This document shows, piece by piece, positions 1-10,450 of a stretch of DNA of 58,857 nucleotides. How positions within the stretch are numbered: position 1 is the first letter of the stretch; each line of letters begins with the position of its first letter. The translations under genes and the position numbers were made by a program. The notes beneath the pieces were generated by a model that ran no database searches, was not told where the DNA came from, and worked only from the letters and a program-made list of their open reading frames with translations. The stretch is from Chlorobiota bacterium (GTDB lineage: Bacteria; Bacteroidota; Ignavibacteria; Kapaibacteriales; HRBIN21). The DNA is taken from NCBI GenBank assembly GCA_039630485.1, contig JBCNUX010000008.1:1-58857 (forward strand), read 5' to 3'.

Positions 1-432
1 CCGCTCTCCCCTTTGCCATCGAAAGGAGTCAAGGGGGTTCTCTTGAGCGGTACGCTCTCCTTGTGGAGTGCTCTCTGTGGGACCCCGTTCTTCCCCAAGC
101 TGGCTGGCGCTATCGTGGTACTTGAGGATACTGGGGAAGCTGCCTATCGGCTGGACCGGATGGTTACGCAGCTCCTCCTTGCAGGCCTGCGGGAAGCAGC
201 AGCAGTCGTCTTTGGCGACTTTTCGCTCCCTGCCTCTGCGGAGCAGCGGTTGCCCCAGCCTTCGCTGGAGTCCTTGCTTCGGGATTTCGCTGGACGGATA
301 GGGCTTCCCTGCTTCTCTGGGTTACCGTATGGCCATATCCGCGAACGCTGGGCCTTGCCATTTGGAGTGGCAGCTTCCATCAGTCGGCAAGGCTACCTTA
401 CCATTGAAGAGGCGCTGGTGGCTAAGGATTGA
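1..432 (+). CDS. LD-carboxypeptidase (peptidase S66 family), C-terminal part; truncated by window edge
   Basis: Frame open from base 1. Motifs VLEDTGEAAYRLDRM and GLPYGH...LPFG match the S66 catalytic Glu and His regions. Confidence 0.8.
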   Translation, partial: PLSPLPSKGVKGVLLSGTLSLWSALCGTPFFPKLAGAIVVLEDTGEAAYRLDRMVTQLLLAGLREAAAVVFGDFSLPASAEQRLPQPSLESLLRDFAGRIGLPCFSGLPYGHIRERWALPFGVAASISRQGYLTIEEALVAKD

Positions 433-446
433 CCGGTAGCGTGGGA

Positions 447-1823
447 TTACCGCGGTGGGCGCTGGCTCAGGAGTGTGAACCGCAGAGAGCTCTCTGCGCC
501 TGCGGGCACGGTTAGACGGAATCCCACGGTAGTGGCATCGATGCGCCGGTGCGGATGGGTTGTACTCGTTACGCGCCAGTTCTGCTGATCCCAGCGGAGG
601 CGGAACCGGATCTCTACGGTAGCCGGTTCCTGCCCGCCGTTGAGGAGTGTTAGCGCGTAGCTCTCCTCCACGAGATCACTGCCGAGCTCTCGGCGCTCTA
701 CTGTCTGCTGTCGGGCTTTCAGCTCAAAGGTTGGTCCGAGCTCTATGGTTGCTGTGTCTCCAGTGGGGGTCTCTGGGAACGGTACAATCCCGAGGAGCTC
801 CAGGGTATCTCCTGACAAGACGAACACTCTAGCGATGCCTTTAGGCAATGGTTGTCCAAGCCCATTCTGAGATGTGTTGGCGATGCGGAGTAGGCGGAGC
901 ACGGGAAGGGACCCACTCCCATCGGCAAAGGCTTCGACGATGTAGAGCCACTGGCTGCGGCTGTCGGTACAGGGTAGCAGTGGAACCTGTATGGAGCTAT
1001 TCGCAGGCAAGGAGAGAATGCGGGGCAGGGTATAGCGGTAAACGCCACGCATCTCAGTCGGCGAGGGCTCGCGAGGACTTTTAGCGAGCAGGGCTTCACC
1101 GAGCTGAGCCCGTTGGAATGGCTCCGGGATAGCACTCATCTGTGGGACGTAACCGGCGACAAGGCTGACGTAAGCAGAGTCGTAGTTCCTCTCAGACGAG
1201 TTCTCCACATGCGCAAAGCCGCACAGCCGCAACGAGGTTCCGCGGGGGGGCACGTAGAGAGTGTAAACAGCTTGCCAGCGAAGCGCATCCGTGAGGTAGG
1301 CAACCGTTAGCGGGACCTCGCCGGAGCGATCGGTCTCTACCAGCGCCGTCAGTGAGATAGGAGTCGTGAGCTCTGGCACCTCTTCCTCGACCAGGATTCG
1401 GAATTCGTTTGGTGAAGGGAGCAGGAGGAGTCCGGCTGGCGTGCGGACGAGGGCATGGTTAGGGAGTACTTTCACCAGCGTGCCGGTGATGACTTGCTCC
1501 TTCTCTGGGCTGATGAATCGCAAGGAACGACCTTGGAGCCGTTTCAAGGCTTCCTCCCCCGACGAAGGGGGCTGAGCAACGGAGTGCCATGCTATCCTCA
1601 TTCGCTCTGGTCCTTGGATCTCTACGCTCGTGGGATCAGCTAAGGAAATGCCGGGAAAGGCAACCAAGGTTTGTCCGGCGGTGAGGCGGGCAGTCCATCG
1701 CTCGCGTGCAAAGGCCATACCGTTCTGGTAGATCGTCAGGTGCCGTTCGGAGAGCTGGGCAGAGATCGGCTGGGCGTCTAAGGAAGAGCTCGCCACCAGA
1801 AGGAGCGTAAGTACACACCACAT
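447..1823 (-). CDS. DUF4139-domain exported protein
   Basis: Signal peptide; LTIYQNG, AYLT..LRWQAVY, GQPLPKG.ARV and TIELG motifs typical of DUF4139. Confidence 0.75.
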   Translation of the reverse strand: MWCVLTLLLVASSSLDAQPISAQLSERHLTIYQNGMAFARERWTARLTAGQTLVAFPGISLADPTSVEIQGPERMRIAWHSVAQPPSSGEEALKRLQGRSLRFISPEKEQVITGTLVKVLPNHALVRTPAGLLLLPSPNEFRILVEEEVPELTTPISLTALVETDRSGEVPLTVAYLTDALRWQAVYTLYVPPRGTSLRLCGFAHVENSSERNYDSAYVSLVAGYVPQMSAIPEPFQRAQLGEALLAKSPREPSPTEMRGVYRYTLPRILSLPANSSIQVPLLPCTDSRSQWLYIVEAFADGSGSLPVLRLLRIANTSQNGLGQPLPKGIARVFVLSGDTLELLGIVPFPETPTGDTATIELGPTFELKARQQTVERRELGSDLVEESYALTLLNGGQEPATVEIRFRLRWDQQNWRVTSTTHPHRRIDATTVGFRLTVPAGAESSLRFTLLSQRPPR

Positions 1824-1829
1824 TGCAGC

Positions 1830-2168
1830 TTACAAGCGCAGTAGCCAACGTCCAAAAGAAGAGAGCACAGAGATGAGAATCGAGCCGAGCAAGGCGTTGC
1901 CGAAGCCATCAATCCGAAAGCCTGGCACAATTGCTGCTGCCAGCCATAGCCCGACGGCATTCAGAACGAAGAGGAAGAGCCCGAACGTGAGCACTACAGC
2001 AGGGAGCGTCAGCAGGACCAGCAAAGGGCGCACCACAGCGTTGATGAGCCCTAACACAGGAACTGTTAGTAGTGCCGACCATACGTTGGCGATACTGATT
2101 CCTGGCAGTGCAGCGGCTACGAGACCGATGACGGCAGTGTTAAGCAGCCACGACGCTATCAGGCGCAT
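1830..2168 (-). CDS. YvlD-like 4-TM membrane protein (phage holin family 4_2)
   Basis: LGLINAVVRPLL.LLTLP...LTFGLFLFVLNA signature; GF.IDGF..ALLGS. Confidence 0.85.
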   Translation of the reverse strand: MRLIASWLLNTAVIGLVAAALPGISIANVWSALLTVPVLGLINAVVRPLLVLLTLPAVVLTFGLFLFVLNAVGLWLAAAIVPGFRIDGFGNALLGSILISVLSSFGRWLLRL

Positions 2169-2177
2169 CCAACTCCC

Positions 2178-3233
2178 TCAGAGAATGAGCATCGCGTCAC
2201 CGTATGCGAATAGGCGATAGTTCTCCTTTACTGCCGTTCGGTATGCCTTCATGATGAGCTCAGGTCCTGCGAGTGCCGCCCCGACCAGTAGCGATGGCGA
2301 GGTCGGTGGGTGGAAGTTGGTGATTATGCTCTGTACAATGCGGAACTCGTACGGTGGGTAGATAAATCGGTCGGTCCACCCCCGAGTGGGCTTGATGACG
2401 CCCGAGGTCAACGCACTGGATTCCAGAGCACGTGCGACACTGCAGCCGACAGCGCAGACACGTTTCCGGTTCTGTAATGCCCGGTTGATGACCTCCGCTG
2501 CTTGTGGACTGACCTCGAAGTATTCCGAGCTCATCGTGTGTTTGCTGAGGTCCTCTACCTCGATGGTTTCAAAAGCTCCCAGCCCAATGTGGAGGGTGAT
2601 CGGGACAATGCGGACTCCGCGTTGAGTCAGTTGTTGCACCAACTCTCGCGTGAAGTGAAGGCCTGCCGTCGGAGGAGCTAAGGACCCGATACGCTCTGGA
2701 TTGGCGAAGACGGTCTGGTACCACTCTTTGTCGCTTTCCTCCGGCTGTCGCTGGATGTAGTCGGGGAGGATAACGCTCCCCAACCGTTCCATGACCTTGT
2801 ACAGGTCACCAGTGTAGCTGAATCGGACAATGCGCCCGCGCGAAGTCGTGTTGTCTATGATCTCGGCGTAGAAGCGGTTGTTGTCGAAGTAGATTTTGTT
2901 GCCGATCCGCACCTTTCGAGCAGGCTCCACGAGCACTTCCCAGATGTTGGCCTCGGGACTCAGTTTGCGGGCCAGGATGACCTCAATTGGGGCATATGTC
3001 CGCTCTTTCTTCCCGATGAGACGGGCTGGATAGACCCATGTGTCGTTGACAACTAGGCAGTCACCTTTGTGGAAATAGCCTACGATGTCGCGAAAGGTCC
3101 GGCGCTCCAGCTCTCCAGAATCACGATGGACAACCAGCAAGCGGGCGCTGTCGCGTGGATCTGCAGGAAAGCGGGCAATTGCCTGTTTTGGGTAAGAGTA
3201 ACGAAACGCGGACAGCTTCGTCCGTAAGAGCAT
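2178..3233 (-). CDS. queA: S-adenosylmethionine:tRNA ribosyltransferase-isomerase
   Basis: RDSARLLV, VVNDT, YQTVFA, PTAGLHFT, TNFH and YGDAMLIL motifs. Start moved to ATG 3233 (alternative 3245). Confidence 0.93.
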   Translation of the reverse strand: MLLRTKLSAFRYSYPKQAIARFPADPRDSARLLVVHRDSGELERRTFRDIVGYFHKGDCLVVNDTWVYPARLIGKKERTYAPIEVILARKLSPEANIWEVLVEPARKVRIGNKIYFDNNRFYAEIIDNTTSRGRIVRFSYTGDLYKVMERLGSVILPDYIQRQPEESDKEWYQTVFANPERIGSLAPPTAGLHFTRELVQQLTQRGVRIVPITLHIGLGAFETIEVEDLSKHTMSSEYFEVSPQAAEVINRALQNRKRVCAVGCSVARALESSALTSGVIKPTRGWTDRFIYPPYEFRIVQSIITNFHPPTSPSLLVGAALAGPELIMKAYRTAVKENYRLFAYGDAMLIL

Positions 3234-3337
3234 CTCTCCCCACATGGCGCCGTATCGTACTGATGGTACAGCATACGTGACGTAAATCCTGCCGATTTCG
3301 TTAGTTTTACTACACTTGAAGTCCTTGCCAAGGCTGA

Positions 3338-5422
3338 ATGGCGGGAGGTAGATTCCAGCTCGTTGCACCATACAAACCCGCTGGAGACCAGCCCAAAGCG
3401 ATTGCCCAACTCGTGGAAAATCTCCGACGCGGTGTAAAGCACCAAGTACTGCTCGGTGTTACTGGATCGGGGAAGACCTTCACTATCTCCAACGTCATCG
3501 CCGAAATCCAGAAGCCGACCCTAGTCATTTCGCCGAACAAGACCCTGGCAGCCCAGCTCTATGGTGAGTTTCGCCAATTCTTCCCTCACAATGCCGTGGA
3601 GTTCTTCATCTCGTACTACGACTACTACCAGCCGGAGGCTTACGTGCCAGCGACGGACACCTACATCGAGAAGGAGGTTGCCATCAACGAGGAGATAGAC
3701 CGGCTGCGGTTGCGTGCGACGAGTGCTCTCTTGGAGGGACGTCGGGATGTCATCGTAGTTGCTTCCGTAAGCTGCATCTACAGCATCGGAAAGCCTGAGG
3801 ATTTTCGAGCAACGCTACTGCCCCTCCGAGTGGGGATGCGGATGGGACGGCGTCAGCTCTTGTCAAGGTTAGTCGATATCTACTACGCCCGCAATGACGA
3901 GGAGCTGACGCGTGGTACCTTCCGTGTCCGCGGGGATGTCATTGACGTTGTTCCTGGATATGAGCACACGAACGCTCTTCGGATTGAGCTCTTCGGCGAT
4001 GTAATCGACCGCTTAGCATGGATAGACCGCATCAGCAGTGCTGTGCTAGAGGGAGTAGAGGCTGTGACTCTCTATCCCGCAAAGCTCTTCATTACAACAC
4101 GAACTCAGCTAGAGCGCGCGATTGTCTCCATCCGACAAGAGCTGGCCGAGCGACTACGCGAACTCCGTGCTCAAGGGAAGGAATTGGAAGCCCGGCGGTT
4201 GGAACAGCGTACGCTCTTTGACCTAGAAATGCTCCAGGAGATTGGCTACTGCCCTGGCATCGAGAACTACTCGCGCCATCTCTCCGGTCGCCAACCAGGA
4301 GAGCGCCCTTGGTGCTTGCTAGACTACTTCCCGCGCGATTACTTGCTCATCATTGACGAAAGCCATATCACCATCCCTCAGTTGCGGGGAATGTACAACG
4401 GGGACCGCTCACGGAAGGAAACCCTCGTTGAGTATGGCTTTCGCTTACCTTCAGCACTGGACAACCGTCCTCTGCGCTTTGAGGAGTTTGAGGAGCTCGT
4501 CAATCAAGTTATCTACGTGAGTGCGACGCCGGGAGAGTATGAGTTGGAGAAGAGCCAGGGGGTGGTCGTTGAACAGATCATCCGTCCCACGGGGCTTCTC
4601 GATCCAGAGATTCAGGTACGTCCTACTCGTCACCAGATAGACGACCTGCTGGGAGAAATCCGCCGGCGGATAGAGCGGAAGCAACGGGTCTTGGTTACAA
4701 CGCTGACAAAGCGTATGGCTGAGGACCTTGCAGAATACTTGAGTGCTTTCGGGATCCACGTGGCCTACCTCCATGCTGATATCGATGCAGTGGAGCGGGT
4801 GGAGATCCTTCGAGATTTCCGCCTAGGCCGCTACGACGTGCTAGTTGGCGTCAATCTGCTTCGCGAGGGGTTAGATCTGCCGGAAGTCTCACTCGTCGCG
4901 ATCCTCGATGCTGACAAGGAAGGGTTCCTCCGCAGCTACCGCTCGCTCCTGCAGATTGCTGGGCGCACAGCGCGGAATGCAGAGGGTCTGGTCATCCTCT
5001 ACGCTGACCAGATTACGGAGGCGATGCAGAAGGTGATCTCCGAAACGAACCGTCGCCGGGCGCTCCAGATAGAGTACAACCGTCGGCACGGCATCAACCC
5101 GCGTACGGTCTACAAGAGCCTGGAGGAGATTCTCCAGACGACAGCTATTGCGGACATTCAACAGCGGCGGTGGCGGGATCTTCCTGCTACTACCCACCTC
5201 ACAGCTCCAGTGGCAGCCGATCCGCTCATCGCTTACATGACTGCCGAGCAGCGGCGACAACTGGCGCAGGAACTTCAGGCAGAGATGCGGCGTGCTGCGC
5301 TGGAGCTGGACTTTGAGCGAGCCGCTGAGCTGCGGGACGCACTGCTACAGCTCTACCGTGACTTCCCCCAGGATTTCCCTGACCTCCCGTTGCCAGCCGT
5401 GAGGCCGGAAGGCTCGTCGTGA
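3338..5422 (+). CDS. uvrB: Excinuclease ABC subunit B
   Basis: GVTGSGKT Walker [11 protein letters not shown] beta-hairpin, DESH, C-terminal [14 protein letters not shown] domain. Confidence 0.98.
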   Translation: MAGGRFQLVAPYKPAGDQPKAIAQLVENLRRGVKHQVLLGVTGSGKTFTISNVIAEIQKPTLVISPNKTLAAQLYGEFRQFFPHNAVEFFISYYDYYQPEAYVPATDTYIEKEVAINEEIDRLRLRATSALLEGRRDVIVVASVSCIYSIGKPEDFRATLLPLRVGMRMGRRQLLSRLVDIYYARNDEELTRGTFRVRGDVIDVVPGYEHTNALRIELFGDVIDRLAWIDRISSAVLEGVEAVTLYPAKLFITTRTQLERAIVSIRQELAERLRELRAQGKELEARRLEQRTLFDLEMLQEIGYCPGIENYSRHLSGRQPGERPWCLLDYFPRDYLLIIDESHITIPQLRGMYNGDRSRKETLVEYGFRLPSALDNRPLRFEEFEELVNQVIYVSATPGEYELEKSQGVVVEQIIRPTGLLDPEIQVRPTRHQIDDLLGEIRRRIERKQRVLVTTLTKRMAEDLAEYLSAFGIHVAYLHADIDAVERVEILRDFRLGRYDVLVGVNLLREGLDLPEVSLVAILDADKEGFLRSYRSLLQIAGRTARNAEGLVILYADQITEAMQKVISETNRRRALQIEYNRRHGINPRTVYKSLEEILQTTAIADIQQRRWRDLPATTHLTAPVAADPLIAYMTAEQRRQLAQELQAEMRRAALELDFERAAELRDALLQLYRDFPQDFPDLPLPAVRPEGSS

Positions 5423-5483
5423 GCTCTCCCAAAAGGTCCGCCGCAGGGAAGGGACTTCCTGATCTGCGCCGATACCGCTAGCG

Positions 5484-7931
5484 CTACCGAACAATGAGCA
5501 CGGGAGACCGGAAGAGCTGGGAACCGCTCCGTACAGTCAGGGTGTATGTCCCGGCAGCTAATGAATAGACTGGTAGTACGAGTTCGCCTACCTCAGCTCC
5601 AACTGAGCGCTGTATCCGAACCCGGCCCTGAAGGTCGCGGAGCTCTACCTCTGCAGGGTAGGTTAGGTCGGAAGGCAAGCGTACTCGCACGACCTCTGTA
5701 GCAGGGATTGGGCTGATATGCAGTGCTTGTGGTAGGACCTCAGCAACGCTTGTAGCCTGACGCCCGACCCCTGACAAGAGCACAATAGCTTGTGGCTCCG
5801 TAGGATCGTTGCAGGTGATGGTAAGCTGTGCTGTGTGGGAGCCCCTTCGAGTTGGACGGAATTGGATTTCAAGTGTCGTCTCCTCGCTAGGGTTCAGAAC
5901 AATCGGCACGAGGTCAGCTTCTGGGACATTGAAGGCATTAGCATCCGCTCCGCTAAGCTGGATCTGTGTGATGCGCAGCTCCGCGTTACCTGAGTTGCTG
6001 ATGCTTAGCGTCAGCGAGCGCGTCGTGTTGATCTCTACTGAGTCAAACCGCAGTGAGTATGTGCTCAGGGCAATGCGGGGCTGAGATTGCTGTCCGCCGC
6101 CGCCCAGGAGCCACGTCACAACCCGGTTCCACAAGTCTTGCCGTAAGCTAGCGCTGGCAATGGCTTCAGGGCCAAAACTCGTGTAGACAATTCGATTCCC
6201 GTTGCTGAGCTCTCTCCGCACTCCCCCGAGAGAGCTCGGCGTGTTGTCGTAGTAGAAGACAGGCTGCGAAGCGCTGCCCGAGCGGAGACTGAAGATGTCC
6301 GTGTAGAGATTATAGCCTGCGTTGACGCTAGTGTTCGCAGTTGCAGAGAAGCCATTCCCGATGGGATCGTTCGCTACCCCCGCGATCGGGAATGAGACGA
6401 GGGTGTTGCCGCTGAAGCGCTGCTGGAGCCGAGTATACTGGAGACCCAGGTCGTTGGTGTAGAAGCTCCGAGCTGCAGAGGTGCGGTACTGGGATTGGGG
6501 ATCAAAGGCCCAATACATCCCTGCTTGGGAAATCAGCCACACCCGTGTGCCAGCGTTAAGGGCTTGTTGGATAGCATTGAAGATATGGTCCAACTCACCC
6601 CCTGGAGTGTGGAGGGGATAGTCTCCCATTGGGAAGACCGCAAGCCGAAAACTTTGCACGGGGAAAGCTGCCATCTCTTCTGGAAGGAGCGGTAAAAAGG
6701 CTACATCCCCTCGGAGTGCGGGGATTTGGGAAGCGATGTTGAGGTAGGCGGTAGCGAACCAGGGCGTGATGCCGTAGTAGAGTATGTACCGAGAGTTTTC
6801 CGCAAGCAGGCCTATAACAACGCTCGTATCCTGAAGCTCTATGATCGCTCCACTCGTCCGGGTAAGCAGCTCGGGCTTCAACGCCAGCCGTACATACCCT
6901 GCGTCGCTCGGCGAGGTAATCCGTATGGTGAATTGCTGAGATGCCCCAGGGGCCAAGTAAGCAGAGTCTGGGGAGATTGTTGCACTCCAGCCTAAATTCT
7001 GTAGGACTACAGTACGGTTCGGGTCGGTCACCAGGCGGAAGCTGTAAGCTTGAGAACTTGAGTTGCGCAGAGTTACCGTCCGCGTAACGGTTGTGCTGCG
7101 TGGTATGTATGAGAACTGAGGAGTTGGAGCCGTGAGTTGGACTGTGACGTATACGAGCTTCTCCTCTAAATTGGTCCCGGCATCAATCACCTCCCTTGTA
7201 GAGCTGTTCTGGACGAACGCGATGACGTAGTCCTGGCCTGGAGGCCAGAGCTCTCCACTGCTCAGCTGGTAGACAAACGGGCCGAAGCTCTGCTCCTGCC
7301 CTGGGGCAAGGGAACCCGACAGAGCCATCCCACTCGCGCTCGGTAGCATCTTCATCATGGCGTCGTAGAAGACCGTTTCGCCGTTCGAACTCTGGAGGCG
7401 CTGTGGGAGGTCGGGGAGGTCTACTCGACGGTTGACGACGACTGTGTGCAGCACGTGCCCATTCAGCGACAGGGGTTGGGAACCGACATTGCGGATGCGT
7501 ACGGTGACGCTGATGTTAGGAGCGTTCTGGCGAGACTCTGTGACCGTAATCTGGAGCCGTACGGGGCGGCCCTGTTGTTGCTGGACGGCATTGTCAAAGG
7601 CACTAGTGACAGGGTGTCCTGTCCATGTTCCCATAACGGCAGCGAAGGGGATACTGTTGACACTGTAGTACTGCCGGCGCGCCTGGTTTTCCGTTGGGTT
7701 CGCCACGTTGAAGGGATCGCCAGGAGCTGGCCAGTTCATGTGGTAGCGGATAGAGAGCAGCCCCCGGTCTACGCGGACCATGCCGTTGAGCTTCTCCGAT
7801 GCCTGGACGCACGGAGGACACGTTGCACTGGTGAACTCCTCTATGAGCACGTACCGCTTCGGGGACTGCTGGGCTAGTAGACTGCTCCACAGACTGAGCC
7901 CAAGCAAGAATGTGACTCCATAACGCGCCAT
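5484..7931 (-). CDS. Secreted Omp28/thioredoxin-like protein with Ig-like (ASH/choice-of-anchor D) domain and T9SS-type C-terminal domain
   Basis: Signal peptide; VLIEEFTSATCPPC; ISNSGNAELRIT...LEIQFRPT...LTITCNDP; C-terminal ISPIPA...DLQGR...LAAGTYTL. Confidence 0.7.
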   Translation of the reverse strand: MARYGVTFLLGLSLWSSLLAQQSPKRYVLIEEFTSATCPPCVQASEKLNGMVRVDRGLLSIRYHMNWPAPGDPFNVANPTENQARRQYYSVNSIPFAAVMGTWTGHPVTSAFDNAVQQQQGRPVRLQITVTESRQNAPNISVTVRIRNVGSQPLSLNGHVLHTVVVNRRVDLPDLPQRLQSSNGETVFYDAMMKMLPSASGMALSGSLAPGQEQSFGPFVYQLSSGELWPPGQDYVIAFVQNSSTREVIDAGTNLEEKLVYVTVQLTAPTPQFSYIPRSTTVTRTVTLRNSSSQAYSFRLVTDPNRTVVLQNLGWSATISPDSAYLAPGASQQFTIRITSPSDAGYVRLALKPELLTRTSGAIIELQDTSVVIGLLAENSRYILYYGITPWFATAYLNIASQIPALRGDVAFLPLLPEEMAAFPVQSFRLAVFPMGDYPLHTPGGELDHIFNAIQQALNAGTRVWLISQAGMYWAFDPQSQYRTSAARSFYTNDLGLQYTRLQQRFSGNTLVSFPIAGVANDPIGNGFSATANTSVNAGYNLYTDIFSLRSGSASQPVFYYDNTPSSLGGVRRELSNGNRIVYTSFGPEAIASASLRQDLWNRVVTWLLGGGGQQSQPRIALSTYSLRFDSVEINTTRSLTLSISNSGNAELRITQIQLSGADANAFNVPEADLVPIVLNPSEETTLEIQFRPTRRGSHTAQLTITCNDPTEPQAIVLLSGVGRQATSVAEVLPQALHISPIPATEVVRVRLPSDLTYPAEVELRDLQGRVRIQRSVGAEVGELVLPVYSLAAGTYTLTVRSGSQLFRSPVLIVR

Positions 7932-7973
7932 TGCCTTTCCCTCCTGCGCTTAGCAGTACGACACGAGCGCTGT

Positions 7974-7981
7974 CAAAGATA
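7974..7981 (-). promoter_or_regulatory. Bacteroidota-type -7 promoter element TAnnTTTG (TATCTTTG)
   Basis: Exact consensus match about 42 nt upstream of ATG 7931. Confidence 0.55.
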
Positions 7982-8087
7982 CAGCTTTTTCGGGAACTCT
8001 GGTTGCCCTTGGATGGCGCATGTAGGGGGGAAGACGGTAGGACGAGTTACGTAATTTCACGTTCGGTAGTGGTAGCTGCGATGGGTC

Positions 8088-9185
8088 ATGGAACGACGTA
8101 AAGTCCTGAAGTACGGCATTGTCGGTAGCGTTGCCCTACTTGGCTGGGCCTGTCAGCGGAAGGGGCCAGCACAGTCTACTACCTCGGTGGTACCACAGAC
8201 GCAGGTTCGCTGGCGCCTGGCAACTTCGTGGCCTCCCAACTTTCCGGTCTTCGAGCATGGTCCTCGACGCCTGGCTGAGTTGCTGGCGAAGATGTCCGGA
8301 GGGCGGTTCGTGCTTGAGGTCGATTCGGCAGGCAAGCACAAAGCACCGTTTGGGGTCTTCGATATGGTCCGCAACGGAACGTACGATATGGCGCATACGG
8401 CGGCCTACTACTGGAAGGGCAAGGAGGCAGTGATGTCGCTCTTCACGACCGTACCCTTCGGAATGAACGTTCTGGAGCAGTACGCATGGCTCTTCTACGG
8501 CCCCGGGATGGAGCTCATGCAGCGAGTGTTCGGTAGGCATGGGTTGCTCTCTTTCCCCGGCGGAAATACGGGGATGCAGATGGGTGGCTGGTTCCGGAAG
8601 GAGATTCGCTCTGTGCAGGATTTCCGAGGGCTGAAGATTCGTATCCCTGGACTTGGAGGCGAAGTGTTGGCCCGTTTGGGAGCTGAGCCTATTACTCTGC
8701 CGGCGGGTGAACTCTACACAGCGCTGGAGAAGCGCGTCATTGATGCCCTGGAGTGGGTGAGCCCAGCAATAGACCTGACGATGGGCTTCCAGCAGATCGC
8801 GGAGTACTACTACTTAGGCTGGCACGAGCCGGCAGCAGAACTCCAATATCTCGTCAACAAGCGCCGCTTTGAAGAGCTTCCTCAGGAGTTCCAGGCGATG
8901 CTGGTGACGGCGATGAAGGAGACTGCTCTGGATGTAACCAGCGAGTTCTTCGCTCATAATGTGGAGGCGTTGAAGGAGCTCCGTACGAAGTACCCGAAGG
9001 TCAAAATCATGCAGTTCCCCCCCGAAGTCATCGCGGAGCTGAAGCGGCAGACACGGCTACTCCTTGAGGAGTACGCGGCTCGAGATCCCCTCTTCCGGGA
9101 AGTGTGGGAGAGTCAGCAGCGCTTCCTGGAGGATGCCCGTCAGTGGACAGCTATTTCAGAGCACTACTACCTCAACATTCGCTGA
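8088..9185 (+). CDS. dctP: TRAP transporter substrate-binding protein (TakP-like), probable Tat lipoprotein
   Basis: WRLATSWP, AYYWKGK, GNTGMQMGGWF, GLKIRIPGLGG, WHEP motifs; N-terminal ERRKVLK and LGWAC. Confidence 0.92.
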   Translation: MERRKVLKYGIVGSVALLGWACQRKGPAQSTTSVVPQTQVRWRLATSWPPNFPVFEHGPRRLAELLAKMSGGRFVLEVDSAGKHKAPFGVFDMVRNGTYDMAHTAAYYWKGKEAVMSLFTTVPFGMNVLEQYAWLFYGPGMELMQRVFGRHGLLSFPGGNTGMQMGGWFRKEIRSVQDFRGLKIRIPGLGGEVLARLGAEPITLPAGELYTALEKRVIDALEWVSPAIDLTMGFQQIAEYYYLGWHEPAAELQYLVNKRRFEELPQEFQAMLVTAMKETALDVTSEFFAHNVEALKELRTKYPKVKIMQFPPEVIAELKRQTRLLLEEYAARDPLFREVWESQQRFLEDARQWTAISEHYYLNIR

Positions 9186-10450
9186 AGCCCGAAGAGCTCA
9201 GGAGCTAGCACCAGGGCGCAGACCATGAGTACCTGCAGGGAGATGAAGGGGATCACCCCCCGGTAGATGTCCAGCGTCTCCATGGACGGAGCAGCTCCCT
9301 TCAGGTAGAAGAGGCTGAACCCAAACGGTGGTGTCAGGAACGAGGTCTGCAGGTTCATCGCAATTACGACTCCGAGCCACAGCGGATCAAACCCGGCACG
9401 AACAAGGACAGGGGCAATAATTGGGACAACGATGTAGCTAATCTCGACGAAGTCTAGGAAGAAGCCGAGGAAGAAGATGAGCAGCATCGCAACTACAAGC
9501 ATACCCGCTGGGCCACCGGGGAGCCTTTCAAAGAAGTCGTAGACAGCCTGCTCTCCACCGGCGTAAGAGAAGGCCATAGAGAATGCCGTAGCGCCGATGA
9601 GGATTGTGAAGACCATCGCAGAGATGCGGGCCGTCTCGCGAGCTGCTTCCCAGAGTAGTTGCCAGGAAAAGCGCCGGTGAAGTAGAGATAGACCAACGCT
9701 ACCAATTGCCCCAACGGCGGCCGATTCTGTCGGGGTAGCTATCCCGGCGAAGATGGAGCCCAGCACGAGGACGATGAGGAACACTGGCGGCGCTACAGCC
9801 CAGACAATCCTCTGCCACGATGGCTGGTGCTCTAAGGGGAGAGGAGGAAGCCACTGGGGTCGCAAGAGGCCTACTGCTATAGTCCAGACGACGTAGAGTA
9901 GGGCCAGTGCTATGCCCGGCATGAATGCTGCTCGGAATAGGTCTCCCACGGGAACTTGAAGGACCTCTCCCAGCACGATGAGCACGATAGAGGGAGGGAT
10001 GATCTGCCCAAGCGTTCCCGCTGCGCAGATGACGCCAGCAGCGAAGCGTCGATTGTAGCCGTATTTCAGCATCACCGGCAGAGCGATCAGGCTCATTGCA
10101 ACGACCGTTGCCCCCACAATTCCAGTAGAAGCGGCCAAGATGCTCCCAACGAGGATTGTCCCAATCGCTATTCCTCCGCGCAGGCGTCCAAAGAGCATCC
10201 CAATTGTCTCCAACAACGTCTCGGCTAATCCTGAACGCTGGAGGACCATGCCCATGAAGATGAAGAGCGGGACGGCCATGAGGGTGAAGTTTGTCATCAG
10301 CGCGTAGATCCGCTCTGGCAGCATTGCGAAGAGCTCCACTTGCCCGGTCAGCACTGCAAAGGCAATGGCGACGGCGGCGAAGGTGAAGGCCACTGGGTAG
10401 CCGAGCATCAAGAGAACGAATGCCGCCGCAAAGAGCAGGATGCCAATCAT
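9167..10450 (-). CDS. dctM: TRAP transporter large permease
   Basis: AVPLFIFMG, GTLGQIIPPS, ATPTESAAVGA, NLQTSFLTPPFGFSLFYL. Confidence 0.93.
   Translation of the reverse strand: MIGILLFAAAFVLLMLGYPVAFTFAAVAIAFAVLTGQVELFAMLPERIYALMTNFTLMAVPLFIFMGMVLQRSGLAETLLETIGMLFGRLRGGIAIGTILVGSILAASTGIVGATVVAMSLIALPVMLKYGYNRRFAAGVICAAGTLGQIIPPSIVLIVLGEVLQVPVGDLFRAAFMPGIALALLYVVWTIAVGLLRPQWLPPLPLEHQPSWQRIVWAVAPPVFLIVLVLGSIFAGIATPTESAAVGAIGSVGLSLLHRRFSWQLLWEAARETARISAMVFTILIGATAFSMAFSYAGGEQAVYDFFERLPGGPAGMLVVAMLLIFFLGFFLDFVEISYIVVPIIAPVLVRAGFDPLWLGVVIAMNLQTSFLTPPFGFSLFYLKGAAPSMETLDIYRGVIPFISLQVLMVCALVLAPELFGLQRMLR

Noticed and set aside
1830-2168. Holin-family gene as a prophage marker
   Set aside because: YvlD-like proteins are common chromosomal genes, and no integrase, lysin or structural genes are nearby.
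5433-5475. Hairpin (GGAAG-GGA-CTTCC) between uvrB and the convergent gene as a terminator
   Set aside because: Short stem and no convincing U-tract, so support is too weak.
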